This document shows positions 20,723 to 30,509 of a stretch of DNA of 64,000 nucleotides, one piece after another. The DNA comes from Myxococcota bacterium (GTDB lineage Bacteria; Myxococcota_A; UBA796; GCA-2862545). The stretch is taken from assembly GCA_039208735.1 (NCBI GenBank), contig JBCCQY010000007.1, forward strand, positions 32,001-96,000, in the 5' to 3' direction. How positions within the stretch are numbered: position 1 is the first letter of the stretch; every line of letters begins with the position of its first letter. The position numbers were made by a program, and so were the translations under genes. The notes beneath the pieces are model-generated. The model was not told the origin of the DNA. It made no database searches and saw nothing but the letters and a program-made list of their open reading frames with translations.

Positions 20723-23700
20723 ATGTGGGGGTGGGTCATCTTGAGCGTGGGGTGCCGGCCATCCGTTCCCCCGAATCCCGTACTTCCCGATGCCGCCTCC
20801 GTCCGTTCCGCCAAGCTCGTGCCGCAGCTTGGCCACCGCTCGAGAGTCACGCAGCTGCTGACATCCGGTCCGTACGTCATCACGACCGATCCCGAACCCG
20901 AAGTCTTGGTGTGGCATCTCGACGACGCGGTCTTGTTGCATCGCCTGCGGCTGCACACCGACACCGTCCGCGACCTGGCCCTGTCGCCCGACGGGCGGCT
21001 GCTCGCCACCGCGAGTGACGATGGGCAAGTCGGCGTCTGGAACCTCGACGATGGGACCATGCTCCAGGTGTTCGAGCACGAGAAGGCCGTCGAGACCGTG
21101 ATCTTCGGTGCGAGAGGCAAAACCGTGATCACGGGCGCGCACGATGGGGTGGCCCGCATCTTCGATGTCGCCCAAGGCCAGCTGGTTCGCGAGCTGCCAC
21201 ATCCGGGCTGGGTCTTCGTCGATCGATTGAACGATGGGCGGTTGGTTACATCCTCCATTAGCGAGGTCCGAATCTGGGCTTCCGACTTCAGCCGGACCGA
21301 CCTTCGCCTCGCGCCATCCGACACATTTCAATCCGCCACGGTTTCGGCAGACGGTTCTCGCATCGCCATTCAGCGGAAGTCGCAGGTGACGGTCCACGAC
21401 GCCTCCGGCCGGGTTCGCGGCACCCTCGACCACAACGCCGAGGTGACCCACCTCGCGTTCGGACCTGGCCGGCGCCTCCTCACCACAAGTCTCGACGGCA
21501 CGGCTCAGGTGTGGAACACCAACACGCTCAACCCCATCACGACCTACCGCGGCCACGAAGAAGAGGTCGATCGAGCTTATTTTTCCTCGGACGGGACGCG
21601 GGTCGCGTCGGTGGGGGGGGATTACCGGGCGCACATCTGGGACGCCGAAACGGGCGAAACCCAGGCCGTGTTCGGGGGCATCGACAATTCCCTTGGCGTT
21701 CCCTTGATCGTCCATCAGGTGACCCTGCGAGAGGCCGATGACACCTTGATCACAGGCCATGCCGACGGACAGCTCTGGGCGTGGGATCTTAGGACCCGCG
21801 AGCCGGTAGGGCGGCTGCGATCTCGCGTTGACTTGGCCATGAGCGTCGATGCGTCCCCTGACGGTCGGTACCTGGTCGCGGCCCATGGGCCCAAGGCCAC
21901 CCTGTTCGACCTGCGCTTTGGGCGGGAGCATGCGGTACTGGAGGGGCACCAATCCAACATCCAACAGGTGCGCTTTGCGCCAGATGGCGCCACCGTGTTC
22001 ACCGCGGCCTCGGACAGCGGCGCGGTGGCTTGGGATGCGGCCACCGGAGAAGCCCGTGCGGCCTTTGTCGGAGAGCACCAAGCGGGGCTTCGCGACTTGG
22101 CGGTGGCGCCCGATGGTGCCTCGATTGTCACCGCGGGTGAAGATGGCTTGGCCGTGTGGTGGGACGTCGCCACACAGAAGGCCAAACGTCGCCTTGAAGG
22201 CCATACGGGTGACATTTGGGCTGTCGCCATGGCACCGGATGGCCGACGGCTCGTCACCGGCGGAGAGCACGCGGAAGTCCGGCTGTGGAATTTGGACGAA
22301 ACGCAGCCTCCGCGCCTCGTGACGGTGCCCCATCGCACGAGCCGTCCGCCCACCGTGCTTACCGCCACATTCACCCCGGACGGCGCGGAAGTGCTGATTG
22401 GAACCATCTACCGAGAGATCCTACGCCTTGACGCAAACACAGGTGACATCCTCCAAACCGTGAAGCGAGAGGGTCCCGTTTCCACGCTGAGATTCACCTC
22501 CGATGGCCGGGATCTCATTGCCGGGAACTTTAACGGCGTGACCCAGCGCCTCGATCCCAAGACCCTCACCCCTCGGGAGTCGTTTGCGCGCCTCGATAGC
22601 TTCGTGCTCGATGCCCTCGCGTGGCCAGACGCTCCGTGGGTCGTCAGTGCGGGCATGGATGGCACGGTGCGGTTCTTCGAACGGGGCGCTTCAGAGGCGC
22701 AGGCGACGCTCTTGCTGGCCGGCGGCGGATTTGCCGTCATCGATCGCGACGGGCGATTCGATGCTGAGGAAGCCGAGCAGAACGCCTTGTGGGTGATCGA
22801 TGGGATGGGCTACGCCCTCGGTCAGCTGCGCGATGAGTTCTACGATCCAGGCTTGCTTGCCAAAGTCCTTCGCCAAACCGTCACACCACGGCGTACGGTG
22901 CCTGAACTTCGCGCCATCGCTCCCCCCGCCAAGGTCACCGTCGAAGGTCCTCGACCAGACGGTCGGGTGCGACTGACCGCGGAGGACCGAGGTGGCGGCG
23001 TGGGGGAGGTGTTTGCCACGCTGAACGACACCGATGTCTCCTCGGTGGTCCAAACGACCTGTGGCCAGTTCGATGTCCCCTGTGAGGTCGACCTATCCGA
23101 ACTCCCCACGTGGGCCGCCGGCCTCGAAAACACGTTTCGTGTGCAAATGAGCAACCTGGCTGGCTCCGTCCAATCCCGGGGCCTCCTCATCACCACCAAG
23201 GCCGCGGGCCGACCTCCCCGGGACCCGCCTGATCTCTGGGTATTGGCCGTTGGATCCAGCGACTACACCGGCACCCAACTCGACTTGGCCTACCCTGCCC
23301 TCGATGGGCATCAGATCGCATCGGCGCTCCGTTTGGCAGGACTTAGCGGGTTTGGGACAGAGCGAACTCATATTCGCGTACTCACTACGGACACGACACT
23401 GCCGCTCTTCCACGACACCCCAAGCCGGGACTCGCTCGACGAGGCATTCGCCTGGCTCCAACAGGCCGACGTACTCGATACCGTGGTTGTGTTCTTCGCG
23501 GGGCATGGCGTCGCCTGGTCCGATGAGCAGTCCGACGACTACTTCTTCCTTCTCCCCAGTGCCGCTTCGCTCGAAGACGTCCGAGACCCCAACCTTCGGC
23601 AACTTCGGACGTGGTCGGGAGACGACCTCGCCGTCGCCTTGAGTCGCGTGCCGGCACGAAAGCGCGTCGTCATCCTCGATACCTGTGCCGCCGGTAAACT

Positions 23701-24379
23701 CGATCAGTCGCTCACCGTGGAACGGATGTTGTCTTCAGACGCACTTCGCGCCCACGCACGGGCGCGTCATCGGACCGGGGCGTGGGTGCTCGCGGGCGCC
23801 GCCGCCGATCAGATCAGCTACGAAGCGTCGAGGTTTGGCCAAGGTCTCCTCACCTACAGCCTTCTCGAAGCGATGAAGGGCCCAGCCCTCGACGAGGGCG
23901 ATCAGCTCTGGGTCAGCCGTTGGTTTGCCAGAGCCGAAGCCCAAGTCCCGCGGTACGCCAAGGCGATTGGTGGCGTGCAACGTCCGGTGCTTCGGCGGGG
24001 GGCCGGCGACTTTCCGCTCGGCGAACTCCCGCCAAAGGACCGATCACGCATCGTCCTGGCCGCGGTGCAGCCCGTCGTCGTACGCACCGTTGTGGTGGGG
24101 CCCGGAGGACGACCGGATCGACGGGGCATCGCAACGGCGGTGGACCGAGTACTCCGTCGTCTGGCTCCTACCCACAACTTTGTGTGGTGGGACGTCGATG
24201 ACGCGCCGGACGCCACGAGGCTGAGTGGTCAATACAAGGAGGCGCGCGACGGTCTGACCTTCGAGGGGTTTGTGAGCCGTGGGGATCGCGAACAGGCCGT
24301 TGCCTTGGGCGCACCCGATCTCGACGTGTTGGCCCAGCGTCTCGCCGAACAGGTCCACGCCTTTCTTCAAGCCGAGTAG
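20723..24379 (+). CDS. WD40-repeat + caspase-like (peptidase C14) protein, probable lipoprotein
   Basis: Many GH...WD repeats; FFAGHG and ILDTCAAG catalytic dyad; GLLTYSLLEAM; MWGWVILSVGC lipobox-like. Confidence 0.9.
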   Translation: MWGWVILSVGCRPSVPPNPVLPDAASVRSAKLVPQLGHRSRVTQLLTSGPYVITTDPEPEVLVWHLDDAVLLHRLRLHTDTVRDLALSPDGRLLATASDDGQVGVWNLDDGTMLQVFEHEKAVETVIFGARGKTVITGAHDGVARIFDVAQGQLVRELPHPGWVFVDRLNDGRLVTSSISEVRIWASDFSRTDLRLAPSDTFQSATVSADGSRIAIQRKSQVTVHDASGRVRGTLDHNAEVTHLAFGPGRRLLTTSLDGTAQVWNTNTLNPITTYRGHEEEVDRAYFSSDGTRVASVGGDYRAHIWDAETGETQAVFGGIDNSLGVPLIVHQVTLREADDTLITGHADGQLWAWDLRTREPVGRLRSRVDLAMSVDASPDGRYLVAAHGPKATLFDLRFGREHAVLEGHQSNIQQVRFAPDGATVFTAASDSGAVAWDAATGEARAAFVGEHQAGLRDLAVAPDGASIVTAGEDGLAVWWDVATQKAKRRLEGHTGDIWAVAMAPDGRRLVTGGEHAEVRLWNLDETQPPRLVTVPHRTSRPPTVLTATFTPDGAEVLIGTIYREILRLDANTGDILQTVKREGPVSTLRFTSDGRDLIAGNFNGVTQRLDPKTLTPRESFARLDSFVLDALAWPDAPWVVSAGMDGTVRFFERGASEAQATLLLAGGGFAVIDRDGRFDAEEAEQNALWVIDGMGYALGQLRDEFYDPGLLAKVLRQTVTPRRTVPELRAIAPPAKVTVEGPRPDGRVRLTAEDRGGGVGEVFATLNDTDVSSVVQTTCGQFDVPCEVDLSELPTWAAGLENTFRVQMSNLAGSVQSRGLLITTKAAGRPPRDPPDLWVLAVGSSDYTGTQLDLAYPALDGHQIASALRLAGLSGFGTERTHIRVLTTDTTLPLFHDTPSRDSLDEAFAWLQQADVLDTVVVFFAGHGVAWSDEQSDDYFFLLPSAASLEDVRDPNLRQLRTWSGDDLAVALSRVPARKRVVILDTCAAGKLDQSLTVERMLSSDALRAHARARHRTGAWVLAGAAADQISYEASRFGQGLLTYSLLEAMKGPALDEGDQLWVSRWFARAEAQVPRYAKAIGGVQRPVLRRGAGDFPLGELPPKDRSRIVLAAVQPVVVRTVVVGPGGRPDRRGIATAVDRVLRRLAPTHNFVWWDVDDAPDATRLSGQYKEARDGLTFEGFVSRGDREQAVALGAPDLDVLAQRLAEQVHAFLQAE

Positions 24380-25147
24380 TCAGGCCTCGTCAACCGGTTC
24401 GGGACGGCCCACGACGAAGAAGGCGTAGCCAACCGCTTCGGGGTGGGCCCAAAAGGCATCGATCTCTGCTTGGGCTTCGTCGAGCACCGCCACCAGGGCC
24501 TCGTCGGCTCCAGGTCGAAGGTCGTGAATCCTCGACTGTAGGGGATCGTAGTACGGCCGCCACGCGGTTTCGGGGTCCAGCACGAACAGGTCATGCAGCA
24601 CGAGACCGGCTTGAGCCACCTGCTTGCGGCGCACCTCGATTGGCTGCAAGTCAGGGTAATCCGCCCATACCGCCGCGACTTGTGTCGGCAGGGGGTCGAC
24701 CAGCTTTACCGGTTCCGTCAAGGCGATGGCTCCGCCGTTCGTGAGCAGGGTCGGCCATTCGAGCATGGCCCGCTCAAAGCCGAAGAGGTAAGCCGATCCT
24801 TCTGCCCAGATCAGGTCGGCCGGATCGGTCACTGGCGGATCGCGTAGATCGCCTCGAACGGTCGAGATGCGGTCACGAAATCCTTCCGCTGCCGCTCGTG
24901 CGTCCAGCACATCAAGGAAGGGTTGGTGGAGGTCGACTGCGGTGATGCGGGCGCTTGGCAGGAGGCGGGCCAGATCCAGCGTCGGGGTGCCGGGTCCGCA
25001 GCCAAGGTCGAGGACGCGGGGTCGGTAGGGCAGGGCGGGAATCGAGAACAGTGCGCGGGCGGTACTCTCGGAGTCGCCCGGCCCCTCGCGGAGCAGGCCT
25101 CGATGAAGCCGGAAAAAGGGGTTTTCGTTCGGTTCCCGTTCGGTCAT
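24380..25147 (-). CDS. Class I SAM-dependent methyltransferase
   Basis: REGPGD, VLDLGCGPG, AVDLH, DLIWAEG. Confidence 0.9.
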   Translation of the reverse strand: MTEREPNENPFFRLHRGLLREGPGDSESTARALFSIPALPYRPRVLDLGCGPGTPTLDLARLLPSARITAVDLHQPFLDVLDARAAAEGFRDRISTVRGDLRDPPVTDPADLIWAEGSAYLFGFERAMLEWPTLLTNGGAIALTEPVKLVDPLPTQVAAVWADYPDLQPIEVRRKQVAQAGLVLHDLFVLDPETAWRPYYDPLQSRIHDLRPGADEALVAVLDEAQAEIDAFWAHPEAVGYAFFVVGRPEPVDEA

Positions 25148-25416
25148 GGTCGCCTTGTAACGTCGATCTACACGTCTTCTGCGCCTGTCACCTGACCGTT
25201 GCCCACCAAGCCCGAGCGTTCCCGCCGAAGCGACAAAACCAGCCGGCCATTTCGCTCCCCCCTCCCCCCAAGCGAAGCGCCAGCGGTCCGCCGGAGCGCA
25301 GCGACGCCGGACGAGCTGACGGCGTCGAGCGGAGCGAGAGGAGGAGGCCGAGCTGAGCGCGGAGCGCTTAGGGGTAATGTTGCGGATGCCACCTCGCCCC
25401 CGCTAATCTGACCGGC

Positions 25417-25896
25417 ATGTCACGGCTCGCGCGCGGGAGAGGGCCGGTCTGGAGAGGGTTGGTGGCAGACACCGATAGTGATGGTCGGCGACCTGTCGAG
25501 ACGCCGCAAGGAACGGCCTATCTCGAGATTGGCGCCGATGGCAGCGTACATATTCAAGGCCCCCCAGAGGCGGTTCGATACATCAACGACCACCTTCAGC
25601 GGGCCATCGCCCAAGCTCGGGGTGACCGACGCCCGCGCAGACGCGTGTTGACCGGTCGGGTCATCAAGAACAAGATGACCAAGACCGTCGTGGTGCAGGT
25701 CACCCGTCGGGTTCGACATCGGCGCTACGGCAAGTACGTCGAACGACGTAAGACCTACATGGCCCACGACGAACACGAGGAATGCAAGGTCGACGACGTC
25801 GTCGTGATCCAAGAGTGCCGGCCTCTGTCGCGGCACAAACGGCACCGTGTCGTGTCGATCTACTCGCAGGAGCGCGGGATGGCAGGGCGTCCTTGA
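25417..25896 (+). CDS. rpsQ: Ribosomal protein uS17 paralog with N-terminal extension
   Basis: LTGRVIKNKMTKTVVVQVTRRVRHRRYGKYVERRKTYMAHDE...DVVVIQECRPLSRHKR; start may be GTG 25462 after GGAGAG. Confidence 0.85.
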   Translation: MSRLARGRGPVWRGLVADTDSDGRRPVETPQGTAYLEIGADGSVHIQGPPEAVRYINDHLQRAIAQARGDRRPRRRVLTGRVIKNKMTKTVVVQVTRRVRHRRYGKYVERRKTYMAHDEHEECKVDDVVVIQECRPLSRHKRHRVVSIYSQERGMAGRP

Positions 25897-25957
25897 CCGC
25901 AAACGCGCTGGCTTAACGAGTCGCCGCGCTGGCTCACAGCTGCGAAGGAGGCACTTG

Positions 25958-28900
25958 ATGATGTGGCTTGGCATGGTGACGGTCGCGACGTGCCTTGCCC
26001 AAGACCTCCCCGTGCAGCGGGCGCGCATTGTGGTCGATGTCGATCAGGCCATCGCAACGGTGACCCAAACGCACACGTTCACCAACGACCGCAGCGCCTT
26101 CATCGAAGGCACCTACGTGTTTCCCCTGCCTGAAGACGCCTCCGTAGACGGCATGGTGATGCACATCGCAGACCGCACGATCGAAGGGCGCGTCGAAGAG
26201 CGTGACACAGCCTGGCTTGCCTATCGAAATGCGGTCGCCCAAGGCCGCATTGCGACGTTGACCCAAGAATCTCGGCCTAACGTGTTTTTACAACGGGTCG
26301 GCAACATTCCCCCCGGCGCCAGCATCGATGTCACCCTGACTTTGGTGCAACCCGTCGACCAACGCAATGGCTACGCAGAGCTGGTGCTCCCGGTGGTCGT
26401 TGCCCCGCGCTTCATCCCGGCATCCGACCGACCCAACATCGAACCGGGGCCGCGGTTAGGCGACACCCCCGTCGAGACCCAGGTCTCCGTTTCGCTGACC
26501 AGCGCCACCCCGATCATCGACCTGCATTCGCCTAGCCACGCCGGGCTCACCTCCCTGGAGGCTTCCGCCACCCCTGGAGTTCCCCATCAAGCACGCTTTG
26601 AGTTGAACACGCCCGGGCAGCGAGATGTCGTTCTGCGCTGGTCAATGAGACGGCAGACTCCTACAGCCCACGTCCTTCTCCAACGGGGACCCAACGACGC
26701 CGAACATGCGCTCCTCATCGTCGATCCACCGGCGGACGTATCCCCAGCGGATCGGGTGGCCCGCGAATTGGTGTGGGTCATCGACCAATCCTGTTCGATG
26801 CGCGGCGCGCCCCTCACCTTGACCCAGCGCGCCATGCAGCAGCTCGTGGACGACCTCGATGAGCGCGACAGCGTCTGGCTCTTGCCATCCACCGCGTGGC
26901 TCGAGGGCGAGAGCGAACCGCAGGCAGTGACGCCTTGGCGTCAAACCCTGGTCCGAGGCCGCATCGCCAGCCTCGAGGCCACCGGTCCCACGCCCTTGTT
27001 TGAAGGGCTTACCCTCGCGCTCGAGCATCCCCTCGACCCACGACGAGAGCGCGCGATCATCGTGGTCAGTGACGGCCTTGTGGCGGACGACTGGTCCGTC
27101 CTACAACAGGTGGCGGATCAGCTGGGCCCCAGCCGACTGTTCAGCATTGGCGCCGGACCCTCGCCCAATCGTTTTCTGCTGGAAGAACTCGCTCGTATCG
27201 GCGGTGGAACATCGACATTCTTGCGTCAGGGTGAAGACCCTGAGGCCACGGTGGCCCGGTTCCTGCGCACGATTCAAGCGCCTGTGCTCACCGATGTGGG
27301 GGTGGACTGGGGCGACTGGGTGGTCGACGAAGTGACGCCAGACCGCTGGCCCGCGGTGTACGCGAACCAGCCCCTGCAGCTCACCGCCATCGTGCGAAAG
27401 CGAGGCACCACACCCATCACGATTCGGGGCCGTACCGTGGACGGGCCATGGAAGACCGAGGTCACCCCAACCGTGCTCGATGCAGGCCGTAGCATCCCTT
27501 CAACCTGGGCCCGGCAGCGCATCCGCGAACTCGATCGGGACCAACTGTGGCGCGACGTTCCCGGCGCCGTCAAGCGCATCATCGACCTGTCGCTGACCTA
27601 CCAGGTGTCGAGCCGCTACACCGCATTTGTGGCGATCGACGACCGCCCGGTCCGGGACCCCACCGACGCAATCTTTCGCGCCGAGCAACGGGCGGCACCT
27701 CCTGCAGACGCCACCTTCTTTGCCCCAGTGGTCGAAGCCAGCACCGCGTCACTCGAGTCCGCCTCCAGGGTTGTGGCGGCGTTCACAAGCCGCCGTACCA
27801 TCCCGGCCGGGCGATCCTACCAAACCGCTGTTTCCACCATTTACTTCCCCCTCTACCGCCGAGCATCGTTCGTCGGTCATCAATCGATCCTCTGGCCGTT
27901 CGACCCCGCCCTGGTGCAGCGGTACGGAGCGACCAACAATCGCTTCATCGAGCTTCGCCACGAAGAAGGCCTCGCAACCCGGACCGACCTGGGCGTTCGC
28001 GAGACCATGGGCGCCGCGCGAGGGCCCGTGGTGAGGGATGCCGTATGGGCCGAAGGACGGGCTCGGCGCATCGAGACCAACGCGGGAGATCGAAGCTACC
28101 TAGGGCATCGTCTCGTGATAGGCGCCTCCGCGCAGCCCAATTCAAGCCATCAGCTGATGGCTCGAGGATTGGTGGATCGCAGCACCATCAACGATGCGTT
28201 TGGGCGCTCCGACCAGGCCGAGCTGGCGCTGTCCGGCCAGTGGAAGGCGTTTCCCTCGCCCAACTTCGCGGTTGAGCTTCAAACGGAAGGGCGACGGGTA
28301 GGGATTGGCGACGATCGATTCGACCGTTTGGTGGCCCAAGTCATGCTACGCCAGGTCATTTCGAAACACCGTTGGTGGGCCGAACTGCTCGCCGACCGCG
28401 TGCGGTGGCAGCGCCCGGATGGGTTCCGAACCCGGGGCCTTCCTCAGATCGCAGCGACCAACCGCATCTTCTTCCGCGGCGCGTATCGCTACCGCTTCGA
28501 TGAGCATTGGCTCATCCGCGCGTGGCTCGAGACGCACGGGTTCTTAGGCCGAGTATGGCCCACCCCGGCCCTCTGGATCGAATGGGAGCCGTCGGATTGG
28601 CTGACGGTGACCGGAGCCGCGGGTCGCCATCTCACGCACGTGGGCCAAGCAGGGTTTCTCAATGGTCAACCCGCCATTCTCAACGAAGCTCTGGCATCGG
28701 TGGAACTTCGCGTAAACTACGCCTTGGAGGCCAACTTCCAAGCCAGTGTCCGGTCCCGTCAAAACGTTCCGCAGGTTGACGGCTCCTCCGTAGACCGCGA
28801 TGTGGCACGGCTCGCCTTCGCGGGCCGGGCCGAACTCCACCCTCTGGAACTCGAAGTCACCGCGACCCAGCAATGGTTGCTGACCGATGTCCCCGGACCG

Positions 28901-29281
28901 GTCTACAGCGATGGCACGTTGGCCGGCTTTGCCCATCGACTCGAGGGGCACATCGCGTGGACGTCCAACCGCCGCAACCCCCTGACGACCGAATTTCTCG
29001 CGGGAGTCTTCGCTCAGCCCCTTGGAAACGTGCTTCCCGATCCCACCCTCCGTAACGGACCCAACATTCCGCGGTGGAGGCTTGGCAACCGTTGGACGTG
29101 GACCCGAACCAGCCACCAGGCCATCCCCTTCGAGATCTCGGTCGAAGCATCATGGACCGAGCTGCTCGGACCCGCCTCTCTCGACGATGTGCTTCGGTCC
29201 GGCCTGCAAGGTCCCCAGGTTGCGCTACCCGCGTTCACCGGTCTGCGCCTTGGGGGAACCGTGGCACTGAAATTCGAGTGA
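25958..29281 (+). CDS. VIT + vWA domain protein with long C-terminal beta-rich (barrel-like) region
   Basis: VIT (EGTYVFPLPEDASVDGM...NIPPG), vWA MIDAS IDQSCS...VSDG, YQVSSRYTAFVAID; AGGAGG RBS. Confidence 0.85.
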   Translation: MMWLGMVTVATCLAQDLPVQRARIVVDVDQAIATVTQTHTFTNDRSAFIEGTYVFPLPEDASVDGMVMHIADRTIEGRVEERDTAWLAYRNAVAQGRIATLTQESRPNVFLQRVGNIPPGASIDVTLTLVQPVDQRNGYAELVLPVVVAPRFIPASDRPNIEPGPRLGDTPVETQVSVSLTSATPIIDLHSPSHAGLTSLEASATPGVPHQARFELNTPGQRDVVLRWSMRRQTPTAHVLLQRGPNDAEHALLIVDPPADVSPADRVARELVWVIDQSCSMRGAPLTLTQRAMQQLVDDLDERDSVWLLPSTAWLEGESEPQAVTPWRQTLVRGRIASLEATGPTPLFEGLTLALEHPLDPRRERAIIVVSDGLVADDWSVLQQVADQLGPSRLFSIGAGPSPNRFLLEELARIGGGTSTFLRQGEDPEATVARFLRTIQAPVLTDVGVDWGDWVVDEVTPDRWPAVYANQPLQLTAIVRKRGTTPITIRGRTVDGPWKTEVTPTVLDAGRSIPSTWARQRIRELDRDQLWRDVPGAVKRIIDLSLTYQVSSRYTAFVAIDDRPVRDPTDAIFRAEQRAAPPADATFFAPVVEASTASLESASRVVAAFTSRRTIPAGRSYQTAVSTIYFPLYRRASFVGHQSILWPFDPALVQRYGATNNRFIELRHEEGLATRTDLGVRETMGAARGPVVRDAVWAEGRARRIETNAGDRSYLGHRLVIGASAQPNSSHQLMARGLVDRSTINDAFGRSDQAELALSGQWKAFPSPNFAVELQTEGRRVGIGDDRFDRLVAQVMLRQVISKHRWWAELLADRVRWQRPDGFRTRGLPQIAATNRIFFRGAYRYRFDEHWLIRAWLETHGFLGRVWPTPALWIEWEPSDWLTVTGAAGRHLTHVGQAGFLNGQPAILNEALASVELRVNYALEANFQASVRSRQNVPQVDGSSVDRDVARLAFAGRAELHPLELEVTATQQWLLTDVPGPVYSDGTLAGFAHRLEGHIAWTSNRRNPLTTEFLAGVFAQPLGNVLPDPTLRNGPNIPRWRLGNRWTWTRTSHQAIPFEISVEASWTELLGPASLDDVLRSGLQGPQVALPAFTGLRLGGTVALKFE

Positions 29282-29380
29282 GGCCTGGAGGCAGAATGCT
29301 CGTGCCACTCGGGTCGTGCGCCCTCCCAAGTCGGCGTGGACCAGCGTGGCCCGTCGAACCGCGGTGCCCGACGACGATCG

Positions 29381-30355
29381 CTACATGGACGGAAGGTCGA
29401 CGGCCCAGATCCCGAATGTGTCGAGGAAGGAAGCGGACAGGTACGTTTGCTGACCCGCGCGCACGGCGATGGAATCGATGTTGATGGTGTCCTGGTCACC
29501 AAATCCGAGCAACGGTTCGGCTTCCCAACGCGCGGCCACCGTGCCATCTGTCGCCACGCGCCACAGATCGCCGCCCGGGCTTTCCGCAACGAGAAACCCA
29601 TCCTCAATCGCCACGATGTCGGAGACCGCCGCCATCTCTTGATCGTCGATCGTGCCGAGTCCGATCGAGGTGAGTTCGGCGCCGGTGGTCACGTCGATCA
29701 GCACGGCCGGTGGCAGGGCGTTGGACGGATCGTGATGATCGACCGCAAGGTTGGCCCCTGCAGCCACCGGGGCCGTGCTGATCGCACTGGCCAGCTTCAA
29801 CGACGTCGGCGCCTTGGCGCAGTCCCCAACCCCAATGTCGACCCACGTGAGGGTGTCCGCGCCCACGGGCACGATGTAAGCGCGGTCCCCGGCCCCGGAG
29901 ACGGCAACGCCTTGACCCGAGGGTCCTTCACAGGAAAACTCCACGGCACCCGCCGTCGACAACCGAACGATCTCAGAGAAGAAGACGAGCAAGGTGGGAC
30001 GCCCGGCATCGTCAAGGTCGAAGTCGGTGATCGCATCGAAACCGGTGTCCTGCCAAACGCGAGTGCCCTGCAGCGAACAGCCTGCGGCCTCTCCATCCGC
30101 CTCGTAGCGGAAGAGTTCCCCTCCGACCTGCACCCAGAGCACCCCATCGGGCCCAATTCGGATCTCATCCGCCGCGTCGGTCAATGCAGGGGTCAACACG
30201 CAGGGCGTGCCGACGATCTGCGGAAGGATGGGCGCCATGCCGGTATCAGAGGTGTCCGGGGAAGGCATCGTCGTCGAGGGGACTGGGGCAACCCGATCAC
30301 ATCCAATGGCGAAAGCCCAGATCAGAACAGCAGCAAGCGAGGAGCGAAGGCTCAC
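29381..30355 (-). CDS. Hypothetical lipoprotein, beta-propeller-like
   Basis: Lipobox WAFAIGC, Thr/Asp linker, repeated short beta-strand pattern. Confidence 0.7.
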   Translation of the reverse strand: MSLRSSLAAVLIWAFAIGCDRVAPVPSTTMPSPDTSDTGMAPILPQIVGTPCVLTPALTDAADEIRIGPDGVLWVQVGGELFRYEADGEAAGCSLQGTRVWQDTGFDAITDFDLDDAGRPTLLVFFSEIVRLSTAGAVEFSCEGPSGQGVAVSGAGDRAYIVPVGADTLTWVDIGVGDCAKAPTSLKLASAISTAPVAAGANLAVDHHDPSNALPPAVLIDVTTGAELTSIGLGTIDDQEMAAVSDIVAIEDGFLVAESPGGDLWRVATDGTVAARWEAEPLLGFGDQDTINIDSIAVRAGQQTYLSASFLDTFGIWAVDLPSM

Positions 30356-30509
30356 GTGATCTCCACGGGAAGGGCGGCCCAAGCCTATCTCGCTCCGAAG
30401 ACTTCACACGGCTGTGAACTCGAAACGAGGCGAAAGGAGTTTCATCAGCTACGGAATTAGTGTAACCTGACTCCAAATACCCAAAGCCAAGTCTTGGAGG
30501 CGCGTTTCC

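Noticed and set aside
19382..22333. 983-aa minus-strand ORF
   Set aside because: Antisense shadow of the ABC permease and WD40 genes; low-complexity translation typical of high-GC DNA
30400..30450. Possible hammerhead ribozyme on minus strand (CTGATGA followed by AACTC...GAGTT stem)
   Set aside because: The required GAAA after stem II is absent (CACAG follows), so the catalytic core is incomplete
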